DNA of 56,275 nt from Planctomycetota bacterium (GCA_003669125.1 QWQF01000151.1:1-56275); one strand, 5' to 3'. Shown: positions 1 to 8,870, counted from the stretch's first letter. Numbers and translations: made by a program. The notes: generated by a model from the letters alone, not told the origin.

Positions 1-1133
1 TGAGCGATCCCGCAACCCGATCACCGGCTCACGTCCGAGCGATGCTCAACGCGGTCGCCGTGCAAATCGGAGCAGCGAATTCCAAGGCGGAACTGGCCAC
101 GATGATTCGGCAACTCGATCTCTTGGCCGCCGATGCGAACGGCAAATCGCTGGCGGAAGAATTGGTCCGCAATCTCGTCAGCAAGCAACCCGCCGCCAAG
201 GAAATGCTGGCCGGCGCGACGGGGGGCAAGGCTCGCGAGATTCTCGCCGCGCTCGTCCGCGATGCGATCGTCACGGCTCGCGATGAGGCGAAGGCTCCGG
301 CCGATCGAGCGGTTGCCGTGCGGACGCTCTCGTCCGCATCGCTGGCCGAAACGAAAGAGTTGTTCGCCGAGTTGCTGCAATCGAAGCAGCCGCAGCCGGT
401 GCAGGCCGCGGCGCTCGAAACGCTGGCTCGGTTCGATGTCGCCGACGTGCCGCGCCTGATCCTCGCCGCGTGGCCGTCACAGACGCCGCAGCTTCGAGCG
501 ACCTCGGTCGAGACGCTGTTCACTCGCGCCACTTGGATCGCCGCGTTTCTCGACGCGGTCGAAAAACAGACGATCGCGCGAGCCGATCTCGATCCCGCTC
601 GCATCCTGCTGCTGCGACAACACAAGGAGGCTGCAATCCGCGATCGCGCCACAAAGCTCTTTGCCGGTGCGACGCTGGCGCGACGGCAAGAAGTCGTCGA
701 TGCCTACCAGAAGTCGCTCGATCTGAAAGGAGACGTCGATCGCGGACGCGCGCACTTCCGCAAGAACTGCGCGGCGTGTCACAAACTCGAAAACTTCGGC
801 GAGTCGATCGGAGCGGACCTCAACGCGATTCGCGACCGGGGCACGGCAGCCGTGCTACTCAACATTCTCGATCCGAACCGCGAGGTGAAGCCGCAGTTTC
901 TGAGCTACGTCATCGTGCTCGACAGTGGCCGCACGCTGACCGGCATGATTGCCGCCGAAACTGCCAACAGCCTGACGCTTCGCAAAGCGGACAACACGAC
1001 GGAATCGGTCTTGCGAATTAACATCGACGAACTCAAAAGCACCGGCCTGTCGTTCATGCCCGAAGGGTTGGAGAAGCAACTCGACCCCGCCGCAATGGCC
1101 GACCTGCTGGCGTATTTGAATTCGATCAAGTGA
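1..1133 (+). CDS. C-terminal part of a PVC-type heme-binding (CxxCH) HEAT-repeat protein; the 5' end lies outside the window
   Basis: The frame is open from the window edge, with no stop before the first Met at 42. Helical HEAT-like repeats are followed by a mono-heme motif CAACH (about nt 768-782). The C-terminal segment runs parallel to the C-terminus of the 21207-24242 protein. Confidence 0.8.
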   Translation, partial: SDPATRSPAHVRAMLNAVAVQIGAANSKAELATMIRQLDLLAADANGKSLAEELVRNLVSKQPAAKEMLAGATGGKAREILAALVRDAIVTARDEAKAPADRAVAVRTLSSASLAETKELFAELLQSKQPQPVQAAALETLARFDVADVPRLILAAWPSQTPQLRATSVETLFTRATWIAAFLDAVEKQTIARADLDPARILLLRQHKEAAIRDRATKLFAGATLARRQEVVDAYQKSLDLKGDVDRGRAHFRKNCAACHKLENFGESIGADLNAIRDRGTAAVLLNILDPNREVKPQFLSYVIVLDSGRTLTGMIAAETANSLTLRKADNTTESVLRINIDELKSTGLSFMPEGLEKQLDPAAMADLLAYLNSIK

Positions 1134-1143
1134 GTACCCCACC

Positions 1144-2355
1144 ATGAATCGTCGCTTCTTTTCGCAACTCCTGGCGCTCGGTGCCGGATCGCTTGGACTT
1201 TGGCAGGCTCGCGCGCGAGCCGATGAGGAACTCGCTCAAGCTCCCGCTGGCGGGACACAGAAGATCGGCGGTCCGCCGAATCCGCGTCGGCTGGAGCCGG
1301 TGAACGTCGCGGACTTTCAGGAGCTCGCGAAGGCTGCGCTGCCGCCGGCGACTTACGATTACATCACGAGTGGCTCGACGGACGAGGTCACGCTGCGAGA
1401 CAACGTCGCCGCGTTTCAACGGCTGCGGTTGCTGCCTCCGCTGCTGACCGGCGTGGCCGAGGTCGACACGGCGACGACCGTGCTCAAGCAGCCAATCGCG
1501 TTGCCGATCTTGTTGGCTCCGGTCGCGGGGCAGAACTTGTATCACCCGCAGGGTGCACTGGCGTCCGCTCGCGCGGCGGCTTCCGCGAAGACGATCCTTG
1601 GCGTCAGCAGCAGTGTCGGCCACAGCGTCGAGGAGATCGCGGCGGCCAGCACTGGGCCGAAGTGGTTTCAGCTTTACATGCCGAAGGACCGTGCGGTCGC
1701 TCGGCGATTGGTCGAACGTGCCGAGCGAGCCGGCTTCAAAGCGATCGTGCTGACGGTCGATCTCGGCGAGCGCAAAGATGCCGATAAACGGAATCGCTTC
1801 ACGCTGCCGGAACCCGCGCTGCGAAAGCATCTGCGCGACATCGGCTTCGACCTCTCTGAGCAGATGACTTACAAGCAGTTACTGGCGTTCAACGATCAGG
1901 CTTGGGATTTGACGCTGTCGTGGAACGCGTTCGATTGGCTGCGTTCGATCACGAAGCTGCCGCTGCTGGTCAAAGGAGTGCTCCGCGCGGACGACGCGAA
2001 GAAGGCGGTTGCGATTGGACTGAATGGAATCGTCGTCTCGAATCACGGCGGCCGACGGCTCGACGGTGTCCCGGCGAGCATCGATCAGTTGCCGCAGATC
2101 GTCGCGGCGGTCAACGGCAAAGCGGAGGTGTTGCTCGACAGCGGCATCCGTCGCGGCACCGACGTCCTCAAGGCGCTCGCGCTGGGAGCCAAAGCGGTCC
2201 TGATCGGCCGCCCCTACGCCTGGGCGTTGGCGGCCGATGGTGAAGCGGGAGTCTCGAAGATTCTCGAACTGCTGCGTGAGGAACTGGTCAGCGCAATGCT
2301 CGCCAGTGGTTGTCCGAACGTCGCCAGCATCGACCGCTCGCTGCTGGTGTCGTGA
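1144..2355 (+). CDS. FMN-dependent alpha-hydroxy-acid dehydrogenase/oxidase (LldD / glycolate oxidase family) with a twin-arginine-like N-terminal signal
   Basis: ATG at 1144. Family hallmarks are present along the TIM-barrel core, including VVSNHGGRRLDG and DSGIRRGTDVLKALALGA. The N-terminus MNRRFFSQLLALGAGSLGLWQARA looks like a Tat signal. Confidence 0.85.
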   Translation: MNRRFFSQLLALGAGSLGLWQARARADEELAQAPAGGTQKIGGPPNPRRLEPVNVADFQELAKAALPPATYDYITSGSTDEVTLRDNVAAFQRLRLLPPLLTGVAEVDTATTVLKQPIALPILLAPVAGQNLYHPQGALASARAAASAKTILGVSSSVGHSVEEIAAASTGPKWFQLYMPKDRAVARRLVERAERAGFKAIVLTVDLGERKDADKRNRFTLPEPALRKHLRDIGFDLSEQMTYKQLLAFNDQAWDLTLSWNAFDWLRSITKLPLLVKGVLRADDAKKAVAIGLNGIVVSNHGGRRLDGVPASIDQLPQIVAAVNGKAEVLLDSGIRRGTDVLKALALGAKAVLIGRPYAWALAADGEAGVSKILELLREELVSAMLASGCPNVASIDRSLLVS

Positions 2356-2372
2356 GGCGAGGAATCCAAAAT

Positions 2373-2460
2373 AACCCGAAGCGTCAGCGAGGGCGGTCGC
2401 TCCAAAACGCTCCCGATCGAAAGTCTTTTGACGCATCCGCCCTCGCTGACGCTTCGGGTT
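2373..2460. repeat. REP-like palindromic element, family A, copy 1
   Basis: Perfect 24-bp inverted repeat: aacccgaagcgtcagcgagggcgg (2373-2396) and ccgccctcgctgacgcttcgggtt (2437-2460), with a 40-nt spacer. It lies between convergent genes. The same arms recur at about 8781, 33500 and 54680. Confidence 0.85.
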
Positions 2461-2477
2461 AGTGTGTTGGCACTCGA

Positions 2478-5333
2478 TTATGGCGCTTCGATCAGTTCGG
2501 CGGGTGCGACTGTTCGCGTCTGGCGCGGGAGCGGTGTGGCGGACGTCGCCGATCGCGGTTCGCTTTCGGAGCGAGAGCTACCGAGTACGGTCGGCGACGC
2601 GACGCGCGACAGCCAACTGGTGAAGTTGGTGACCGATGACGAGGCCACGATTGGTGTCGGTCCGGACGATTCCACGCGAGGCAGCGGAGTCATCGTCGCG
2701 GACGTGAGCAACTCGACCAACATCGTTGTGGAGGTCAGCAGAATCGCCGGACTGCCGGGCATCGGCCCTGCTGCGGTCTCGGCGGCGGCAGCGGCGATGA
2801 TCGGCAGTGTTGAGTCACGGCGAGCAATCGTCAGCGCGGTGCGGCTCTCCGGAGTGCGTGCCGCTGACTCGGTGGATTCGATGCGACTGGGGTTGCGGAT
2901 CGTTGCGATGTCGCTGCGAGCGGTGTTCGCGGCGAGCAATGTCGGCGGCAGATTGGGTTGCGGTCCCGGACTTTCGACGCGCGGCGGTGTGTTGGCTGCG
3001 AACGAGTTGATCGTTTCCGGTGTTGCACTCGTCGCGGGAAGCACGACTTCTTCGGTCAGCGGAACGGCTTTGGGAACGGCCGGCGACTTCGCGGGAAGTG
3101 TCGCCGTCAGAGCATTCGCGGTGGGCGAGCTGACCGATGATCCTGTGACGGTCGAAACAGTTCGATTCGGCGGCAACAGCGAACGAGCAGTGATGTCGTT
3201 GGATGTCGTCGGCTTTCCGATCGGAGCCGCCTCGGTTCGTAGCACGCTGAGCGATTGGGTCGGCAACGGCAATTCGGTCGCAGCGATCGGAGTCACACCT
3301 GGCAGCGCTTCCGGTTCGATGAGATTGCTGGGCGCGGTGGCTCGGCTCGTCGCGCCACTGCGTGCGAGCGAGGTCAATCGTGAAACGTCGGCATCGGACG
3401 AGAGGAGAGCGGGTGGTGGCGTGAGCTGGGTGACTCGCGCGGCGGGAGCACGCAGTGCGGCCTGATTCGCGGCGGCCGGTGGCACGGTTGTTCGCTCGGT
3501 GGCCGATGGGACGAAGGTTTGTTGCGCGGTGCTCGTCGGTACGACGGCATGCGGCTTCTCAGGCTCGGAGGTGACGGCGGTGAGTGTCGCCTCTTCGGCC
3601 GGTCGTGCAGTCGGTCGTGTCAGCACCGAAGGGATCTGTTGTCGCGCGAGGACCGCGAGCCGCGTCGACTGGCTTTGCAGCGGATCGATGTCGGAAATGT
3701 GAGCGATCTCCGATCGTTGGCGGACGGTCCCCCGATCGCTGGGCCACCGCGCCGCAGGTCGCAACGTCACCGTATTGGATGGCGACGCGACCGGCTGCGG
3801 AGCACTCTTGGTCAACGTGTCGAAGCGGTCGAGCTTCGGCAGTTCGACGGCGTGTGACAGATCGAGATCCAGAAACGTCGCGACAGCTAAACCCTCGGCA
3901 TTAAACGCTGACAACGGGCCGGTCGAAGGCGGCGACGAATTCCAAATCGTGGTTCGGAACGCGAACAACAGTCCGGCAGCAATGACGATGGCTGCGACTG
4001 CCAGTCGACGGCGTCTGTGCCGAACCGGTTCCGGCTTCAACGGGACAACGGGTGGCGGCGCAGGGTCGCTGCCGAGCGTCGCGGAGGCAACCAACGGGTT
4101 CACCGGCTTGGCGGCTGCCGGTACTTCAACTGGCGCGGTGATCGTCCAACTGGCGAGCGGATTTTTCGGCGGCTCGCTGCGCTTCGGCGCGGCGGTCGTC
4201 GGACGGGTCACGACGGGAACGACGACTGCGGCGGCGCGTGCTCGACGGGACCAGCGCCACACGAGCAGAAACAAGATGACTCCAGCAAACGGCACGCCCC
4301 ATCTCGCTCGGCCGAATGGTTCGAGGTGCGCGGTGCTGATTGCCAATCGTGAGACGACGTACTCGCTGCGTGACAGGAAGATCTGCTTCGGCCCGTCGCG
4401 TTTGCTGACGAACGCGAGCGAGCGACCGTCGGGCGAGAATGCAGCGTCGAGATCGTCCACGTCGGACGCGATGCCGTCGCGCAGTCGCTCGGCCGCGCCG
4501 GCTTGGCCGTCGCGCAGCGGTGCTCGGAAGAAGGCGAACGGAACCGGTTCACCGGATCGACCGCCGCGATTCGAGGCGAACAGCAGCGAGCTTCCGTCTG
4601 GCGAGACCGCTGGGCTGCGTTCGTGGAAGTCGGGCAAGTTGGCAGACTCGACCGGTTGCGGTGCTGACCAAGCGGCGTCGAGAGCTTCGCGCCGCGTCAC
4701 GAACAGGTCCGCCTTTTCGCCCGGCGCGACGCGGACAAAAAACATCGTCAGTCCGTCCGGGGCGAGGGCTGGATCGAACTCGGCGGCATCCGTGTTGATC
4801 GTCGCTCCGGCATTGCTTGGTCGAGACCAATGGTTGCCGTCGTTCGTGGCTTCGTAGAGATCGAAGCCGCCGTGACCACCCGATCGGTTCGATACCAACA
4901 CTGCCGTCCGCCCGTCGGCGGTGAGTGTCAGACGGCGGTCATCATCGACGCTGTTGAGTTCGCGCACCGACTCTGGTTTCGACCAATGTTCTTCGACCAG
5001 CTTCGAGCGAACGATGTCCGCTTTCTGACCGGGCCGCGCGCGAGAAAAAAACAATGTCTGGCCGTTATCGGCAAAGCACGGTCCGGAGAGTTCGGTTTCG
5101 TCGGCCAGCGATCCTTTGCCGGAGAACTCGCCCAGCAACTCGGCCGTGCGAAAGGCGAGTCGTCCGGTCGGTGGCGTTGAGCCTGACTCGTTCGTTTCAT
5201 CGACCACCACGTCGTGCAGCAGCGGTCTCGGCAACGACCAGATCAGTCCGGCGAAGGCGGCCACAACGAAGAACCATCGGCCTCGGCGGGGCCGGTTCGG
5301 TTGGACGGGCGTGTCGGACGGTGGCGTCGGCAT
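2478..5333 (-). CDS. Membrane-anchored PD40/TolB-like beta-propeller repeat protein with a long Pro/Ala/Thr/Ser-rich tail
   Basis: ATG at 5333. N-terminal TM segment (RRGRWFFVVAAFAGLIW). Repeated PD40-like units (e.g. FSPDGRSLAF, VSPDGSSLLFASNRGG, LAPDGLTMFF). Further hydrophobic segments follow, then about 550 aa of low-complexity sequence. Confidence 0.7.
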   Translation of the reverse strand: MPTPPSDTPVQPNRPRRGRWFFVVAAFAGLIWSLPRPLLHDVVVDETNESGSTPPTGRLAFRTAELLGEFSGKGSLADETELSGPCFADNGQTLFFSRARPGQKADIVRSKLVEEHWSKPESVRELNSVDDDRRLTLTADGRTAVLVSNRSGGHGGFDLYEATNDGNHWSRPSNAGATINTDAAEFDPALAPDGLTMFFVRVAPGEKADLFVTRREALDAAWSAPQPVESANLPDFHERSPAVSPDGSSLLFASNRGGRSGEPVPFAFFRAPLRDGQAGAAERLRDGIASDVDDLDAAFSPDGRSLAFVSKRDGPKQIFLSRSEYVVSRLAISTAHLEPFGRARWGVPFAGVILFLLVWRWSRRARAAAVVVPVVTRPTTAAPKRSEPPKNPLASWTITAPVEVPAAAKPVNPLVASATLGSDPAPPPVVPLKPEPVRHRRRRLAVAAIVIAAGLLFAFRTTIWNSSPPSTGPLSAFNAEGLAVATFLDLDLSHAVELPKLDRFDTLTKSAPQPVASPSNTVTLRPAARWPSDRGTVRQRSEIAHISDIDPLQSQSTRLAVLARQQIPSVLTRPTARPAEEATLTAVTSEPEKPHAVVPTSTAQQTFVPSATERTTVPPAAANQAALRAPAARVTQLTPPPALLSSDADVSRLTSLARSGATSRATAPSNLIEPEALPGVTPIAATELPLPTQSLSVLRTEAAPIGKPTTSNDITARSLLPPNRTVSTVTGSSVSSPTANALTATLPAKSPAVPKAVPLTEEVVLPATSATPETINSFAANTPPRVESPGPQPNLPPTLLAANTARSDIATIRNPSRIESTESAARTPESRTALTIARRDSTLPIIAAAAAETAAGPMPGSPAILLTSTTMLVELLTSATMTPLPRVESSGPTPIVASSSVTNFTSWLSRVASPTVLGSSRSESEPRSATSATPLPRQTRTVAPAELIEAP

Positions 5334-5372
5334 GGGGACATTGAAGACACTGCGACGACGATCGGCAAGTGG

Positions 5373-6257
5373 CTACGTCAATAAGCACTCGCGAGTCACG
5401 TTCGCGGCCGCGCCGGTCACTCGGTAATCGAGCCGCAGTTTGTCTTTTTGGAGCGTGATTGCGGTGAAGCCGGGGCGGAACTCGATCGGGTTGTAGCCGG
5501 CGGCTTTTTGCTCTTCGAGTTTGCGGTCCTGGTTGTAGAGTGCGGAAGGGAAGCAGATTTCGTGGATCGGTTTGCGATCTTCCCAGCCGCGCAGACCATT
5601 GTGGAAGTGGCCGTGAAATAGGGCGAGCACCGGTGAAGTCTTCACGGCGACGAGATCGTAAAACTCTGTCTGTCCGTGTTTCGGTTTGACGTGCCAGCCG
5701 CGATCAGGATGTTTGTTGTCGTGTGCCGGGACGTGCATCGCGACGACGACCGCTTTCGAGGCTTGCCGCGCGTCGGTCAGTTGGCTGCTGAGCCAATCGA
5801 GTTGCTCGCGCGTGAGGAAGCCGTCGTGCGAGTCGGTGTGCGCATCGTTGAGCAGGATCACTCGCAGCCATTGATGATCGAACGTGGTGTCGATTTTCGG
5901 GCGGAGGTACTTCTCGAACAGCGGTTGCGGATCGTGGTTGCCGGGAATCTCGTGAACCGGCTTGCCAATCGACTCGCGCGTCTTGAGGTAGATCGGGTAT
6001 TGCTCTTCGCGCCCGCCATCGACGACGTCGCCGAGGTGCAGCACGAACGCTCCCTCCTGCTTCGCAACTTCGGCGGCGGTCTTCGTCCACAGCTTGGCTG
6101 CGGAGTCGTCTCCTTTGTAGCCGAGATGTGTGTCGGTGATGACGACGAACTTGAGTTCCGGTTTTGAGGTGTTGTCGGCGAAGACGTTTCGCAGCGGAAG
6201 AATCAACGGGGCCGCGGCGACGCTGAGAAACGTGCGACGATCGATGAGTTGAGACAT
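5373..6257 (-). CDS. Calcineurin-like metallophosphoesterase with Tat signal
   Basis: ATG at 6257 preceded by GAGGA; the track start at 6278 is a TTG. MSQLIDRRTFLSVAAAPLILP is Tat-like. Metallophosphoesterase motifs are present: VITDTHLG, HLGDVVDGG, GNHD, VAMHVP, GHFH. Confidence 0.8.
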   Translation of the reverse strand: MSQLIDRRTFLSVAAAPLILPLRNVFADNTSKPELKFVVITDTHLGYKGDDSAAKLWTKTAAEVAKQEGAFVLHLGDVVDGGREEQYPIYLKTRESIGKPVHEIPGNHDPQPLFEKYLRPKIDTTFDHQWLRVILLNDAHTDSHDGFLTREQLDWLSSQLTDARQASKAVVVAMHVPAHDNKHPDRGWHVKPKHGQTEFYDLVAVKTSPVLALFHGHFHNGLRGWEDRKPIHEICFPSALYNQDRKLEEQKAAGYNPIEFRPGFTAITLQKDKLRLDYRVTGAAANVTRECLLT

Positions 6258-6288
6258 CTCGGTGTTCCTCAAACGCAAGTGGTCAGAA

Positions 6289-7137
6289 TCATGAGGGCAG
6301 AATGATGTCGGACAGGCCGAGGACTTGTTTGACTTCGTCGAAGCTCAGCAGTTCGTCGGCCAGTGAGTCGATTCGGCCTTCGCGGAACAGCGTCTTCGCG
6401 AGCTGACGCACGACCGAACCGGTTGCCAGCAGCGTCGCGACGGGATCGACCATAATTTTGAAGCCGAGTTCTTGCAGCTCCTCTGCGCTGAGGATCGGAG
6501 TGACTCCGCCGAGCAGCATGTTGGCGAGTTGCGGATACGGCACCTCGCGCGCGATGCGGACGAGTTCGTCGCGGCTGCGTGGGGCTTCGACGAAACAGAC
6601 GTCGGCTCCGAGTTCGCCGTAGCGGCAGGCTCGTTCGATGGCGGCGTCGAGTCCTTCGATGGCTCGCGCGTCGGTGCGGGCAAAGATCACGAAGTCGGGG
6701 TCGCAGCGCGCGTCGAGGGCGACCCGCAGTTTCTTGAGCATCTCGTCGGCGGGGATGACTTGCTTGCCAGCGAAGTGTCCGCAGCGTTTCGGGCTGACTT
6801 GGTCTTCGAGCAGGATGCCGGCGGCTCCGGCTTGCTCGAAGTCGCGGACGGTGCGGGCAACGTTGTGCAGATCGCCGTGGCCGGTGTCTCCGTCAGCGAC
6901 CAGCGGAATGCTGATCCGCGCAGCCATGCGACGCACGGCTTCGGTCATTTCGGAAAGCGTGACCAAGCCGACATCCGGCCAACCGAAGACGCTCGCCGAG
7001 ACGCCGAATCCGCCGAGAAACAGCATTTCGCAGCCAGCTTGTTCGAGCAACCGGGCGGTGAAAACATCGTGCGGCGCGAGCGTCCGGATGATGCCCGGTC
7101 GGGCGAGTCGTTCACGCAGTCGGCGTGCGGTGGTCAT
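6289..7137 (-). CDS. Isocitrate lyase / PEP mutase superfamily enzyme (methylisocitrate lyase or carboxyvinyl-carboxyphosphonate phosphorylmutase-like)
   Basis: ATG at 7137 (MTTARRLRERL...). Motifs match the ICL/PEPM family: PLVADGDTGHG, ILLEDQVSPKRCGH, ARTDA. The longer track ORF (to 7545) only reads through the REP-B repeat. Confidence 0.85.
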   Translation of the reverse strand: MTTARRLRERLARPGIIRTLAPHDVFTARLLEQAGCEMLFLGGFGVSASVFGWPDVGLVTLSEMTEAVRRMAARISIPLVADGDTGHGDLHNVARTVRDFEQAGAAGILLEDQVSPKRCGHFAGKQVIPADEMLKKLRVALDARCDPDFVIFARTDARAIEGLDAAIERACRYGELGADVCFVEAPRSRDELVRIAREVPYPQLANMLLGGVTPILSAEELQELGFKIMVDPVATLLATGSVVRQLAKTLFREGRIDSLADELLSFDEVKQVLGLSDIILPS

Positions 7138-7165
7138 GGGTGTTCCTCGGACATGGTGCAGCATT

Positions 7166-7264
7166 TCTCCCTCCCCCTTTGGGAGAGGACCGGAGTGAGG
7201 GGGCCGTTGATCATTGCATCCCTCGTTCGGCCTTCGGCCACCTTCTCCCAAAGGGAGAAGGGTC
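7166..7264. repeat. REP-like element, family B, copy 1
   Basis: A ~99-bp element with nested hairpins (ccttctccc-aaa-gggagaagg; tctccc...gggaga). Its reverse complement aligns along its whole length with 17463-17561. It lies in a divergent intergenic region. Confidence 0.8.
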
Positions 7265-7352
7265 ATTGGTTGCCGCGAGCTTGCTCTTCGCAGTGGGGCT
7301 GTCCCATCATGCCGACCCTCGACTGGTTTTCCAATCAACGCGGAGGTCTTCC

Positions 7353-8774
7353 ATGAGGCTGTTGAACGTGTTCGGAGTTTGTCTGCTGACGATCGCTGTT
7401 GCTCAAGCGAATGCCGCCGAAGTTTGGTCGCGGTTCCGAGGCGAAGGGGGATCGGGACGGGCCGCGGCCGGATCGAAGTTGCCGACGGAGATTGCGCCGG
7501 ACAAGCACGTCGTTTGGAAGATCGACTTGGCTCCGGGACATTCATCGCCGGTCGTCTTCGGCGATCGAATTTACGTCACAGCCGAGAAGGACAAACACCT
7601 CGTGACGATCTCGCTCGACCGCGCGACCGGCAAGACGCTGTGGGAGAAGGTCGCTCCGCACGAGAAATTCGAGTCGGTGCATGGCATCGGCAGTCACGCT
7701 CAGTGCAGCCCGACGACGGACGGCGAGCGAGTCGTCGCGCTGTTCGGAAGCTGCGGGCTGTTTTGCTACGACCGAGAAGGCAAGGAACTTTGGAAAGTCC
7801 CGATGGGTCCGTTCAAGAACGAGTTCGGGGCCGGCAGTTCTCCGCAGATCGTGGACGACCGCGTCATCGTCTGTCAGGACCACGACACCGATTCGTTCCT
7901 CGCGGCGTATGACAAGCAGACCGGCAAGGTGCTGTGGCGGACGGATCGGGCGGAGTTTCCTCGCAACTACTGCACTCCGATGGTTTGGACGGTGAACGGC
8001 AAGAAGCAGATCATCATTGCGGCGACTCTGCGCGTGATCGGCTACGACTTCGAAACCGGCAAGGAGCTGTGGACGGTGCGCGGGATCTCGCGGATGGTCT
8101 CAATCAGCCCACTGCTGACCGAGTCGGGAATGTTGATCGCCGGTGGCTGGGCGGCTGGCGGCGAAGAGACCGAACGGATTTCGGTCGAGCCGTTCTCGGT
8201 CATCAAGAAAGACATCGACAAGAACAACAACGGCACGTTCGAGAACGACGAACTTCCCAAGGGGGACATCAAGCAACGCTTCCCACAAGTCGATCGCAAC
8301 AAGGATGGCTCAATCACCGAGGCGGAGTACGAATACTTCCGCTCGCTGTTCGAGCAAGGACAGAACTCGATCGTCGCGATCAAGCCAGGGGCCAACGGCG
8401 AGGCGACGGACTCGCACTTGCTCTGGAAGCAACGCAAGCTGATCCCGTTCTGTTCGTCACCGGTCTCTTTCGGGGACTTCGTGTTCACGATCAAGGACGG
8501 AGGGATCTTCGCCTGCCTCGACGCCAAGACCGGCAAACATGTCAAACAAGGCCGAGCCTCCGGGACCGACGAGTACTACAGCTCACCGGTTGCCGGTGAC
8601 GGCAAAGTCTATTTGATCGACGAGGAAGGACGGCTGACGGTGCTCAGCGCCGACCGCGAATGCCGCACGCTGCACACGGCCGAGTTCGGCGAGAAGTCGT
8701 TCGCGACTCCCGCGATCGTCGACAACCGCATTTACCTGCGGACGAACAGACACCTGTATTGCTTCGGCGAGTGA
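7353..8774 (+). CDS. Secreted PQQ-like (BamB-type) beta-propeller repeat protein with an internal EF-hand pair
   Basis: ATG at 7353 preceded by GGAGG. Signal peptide MRLLNVFGVCLLTIAVAQANA. Repeated PQQ-like blades (SSPVVFGDRIYV, LWKVPMG..., GKVLWR, GKELW). Two canonical EF-hand loops, DKNNNGTFENDE and DRNKDGSITEAE (about nt 8211-8330). Confidence 0.8.
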   Translation: MRLLNVFGVCLLTIAVAQANAAEVWSRFRGEGGSGRAAAGSKLPTEIAPDKHVVWKIDLAPGHSSPVVFGDRIYVTAEKDKHLVTISLDRATGKTLWEKVAPHEKFESVHGIGSHAQCSPTTDGERVVALFGSCGLFCYDREGKELWKVPMGPFKNEFGAGSSPQIVDDRVIVCQDHDTDSFLAAYDKQTGKVLWRTDRAEFPRNYCTPMVWTVNGKKQIIIAATLRVIGYDFETGKELWTVRGISRMVSISPLLTESGMLIAGGWAAGGEETERISVEPFSVIKKDIDKNNNGTFENDELPKGDIKQRFPQVDRNKDGSITEAEYEYFRSLFEQGQNSIVAIKPGANGEATDSHLLWKQRKLIPFCSSPVSFGDFVFTIKDGGIFACLDAKTGKHVKQGRASGTDEYYSSPVAGDGKVYLIDEEGRLTVLSADRECRTLHTAEFGEKSFATPAIVDNRIYLRTNRHLYCFGE

Positions 8775-8780
8775 CGCCGT

Positions 8781-8870
8781 AACCCGAAGCGTGAGCAAGG
8801 GCGAGCGTTCCAGAACGCTTTGCCGCACATCGAGCCGACGGAACGTTCGCTCTCGCTGACGCTTCGGGTT
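8781..8870. repeat. REP-like palindromic element, family A, copy 2
   Basis: Arms aacccgaagcgtgagcaagggcgagcgttc and gaacgttcgctctcgctgacgcttcgggtt, followed by cgttttt. It sits immediately downstream of the 7353-8774 gene and may double as its terminator. Confidence 0.8.

Noticed and set aside
7138-7545. N-terminal extensions of track ORFs that read through repeats. Examples: 6289-7545(-) and 7125-8774(+) through REP-B; 2428-3465(+) and 54651-54866(+) through REP-A.
   Set aside because: The extra residues (LPKGEGE, SLTLRV, NPKRERG peptides) are translations of the palindromic repeats. Internal ATG starts with SD-like motifs and proper signal peptides or N-termini exist downstream.
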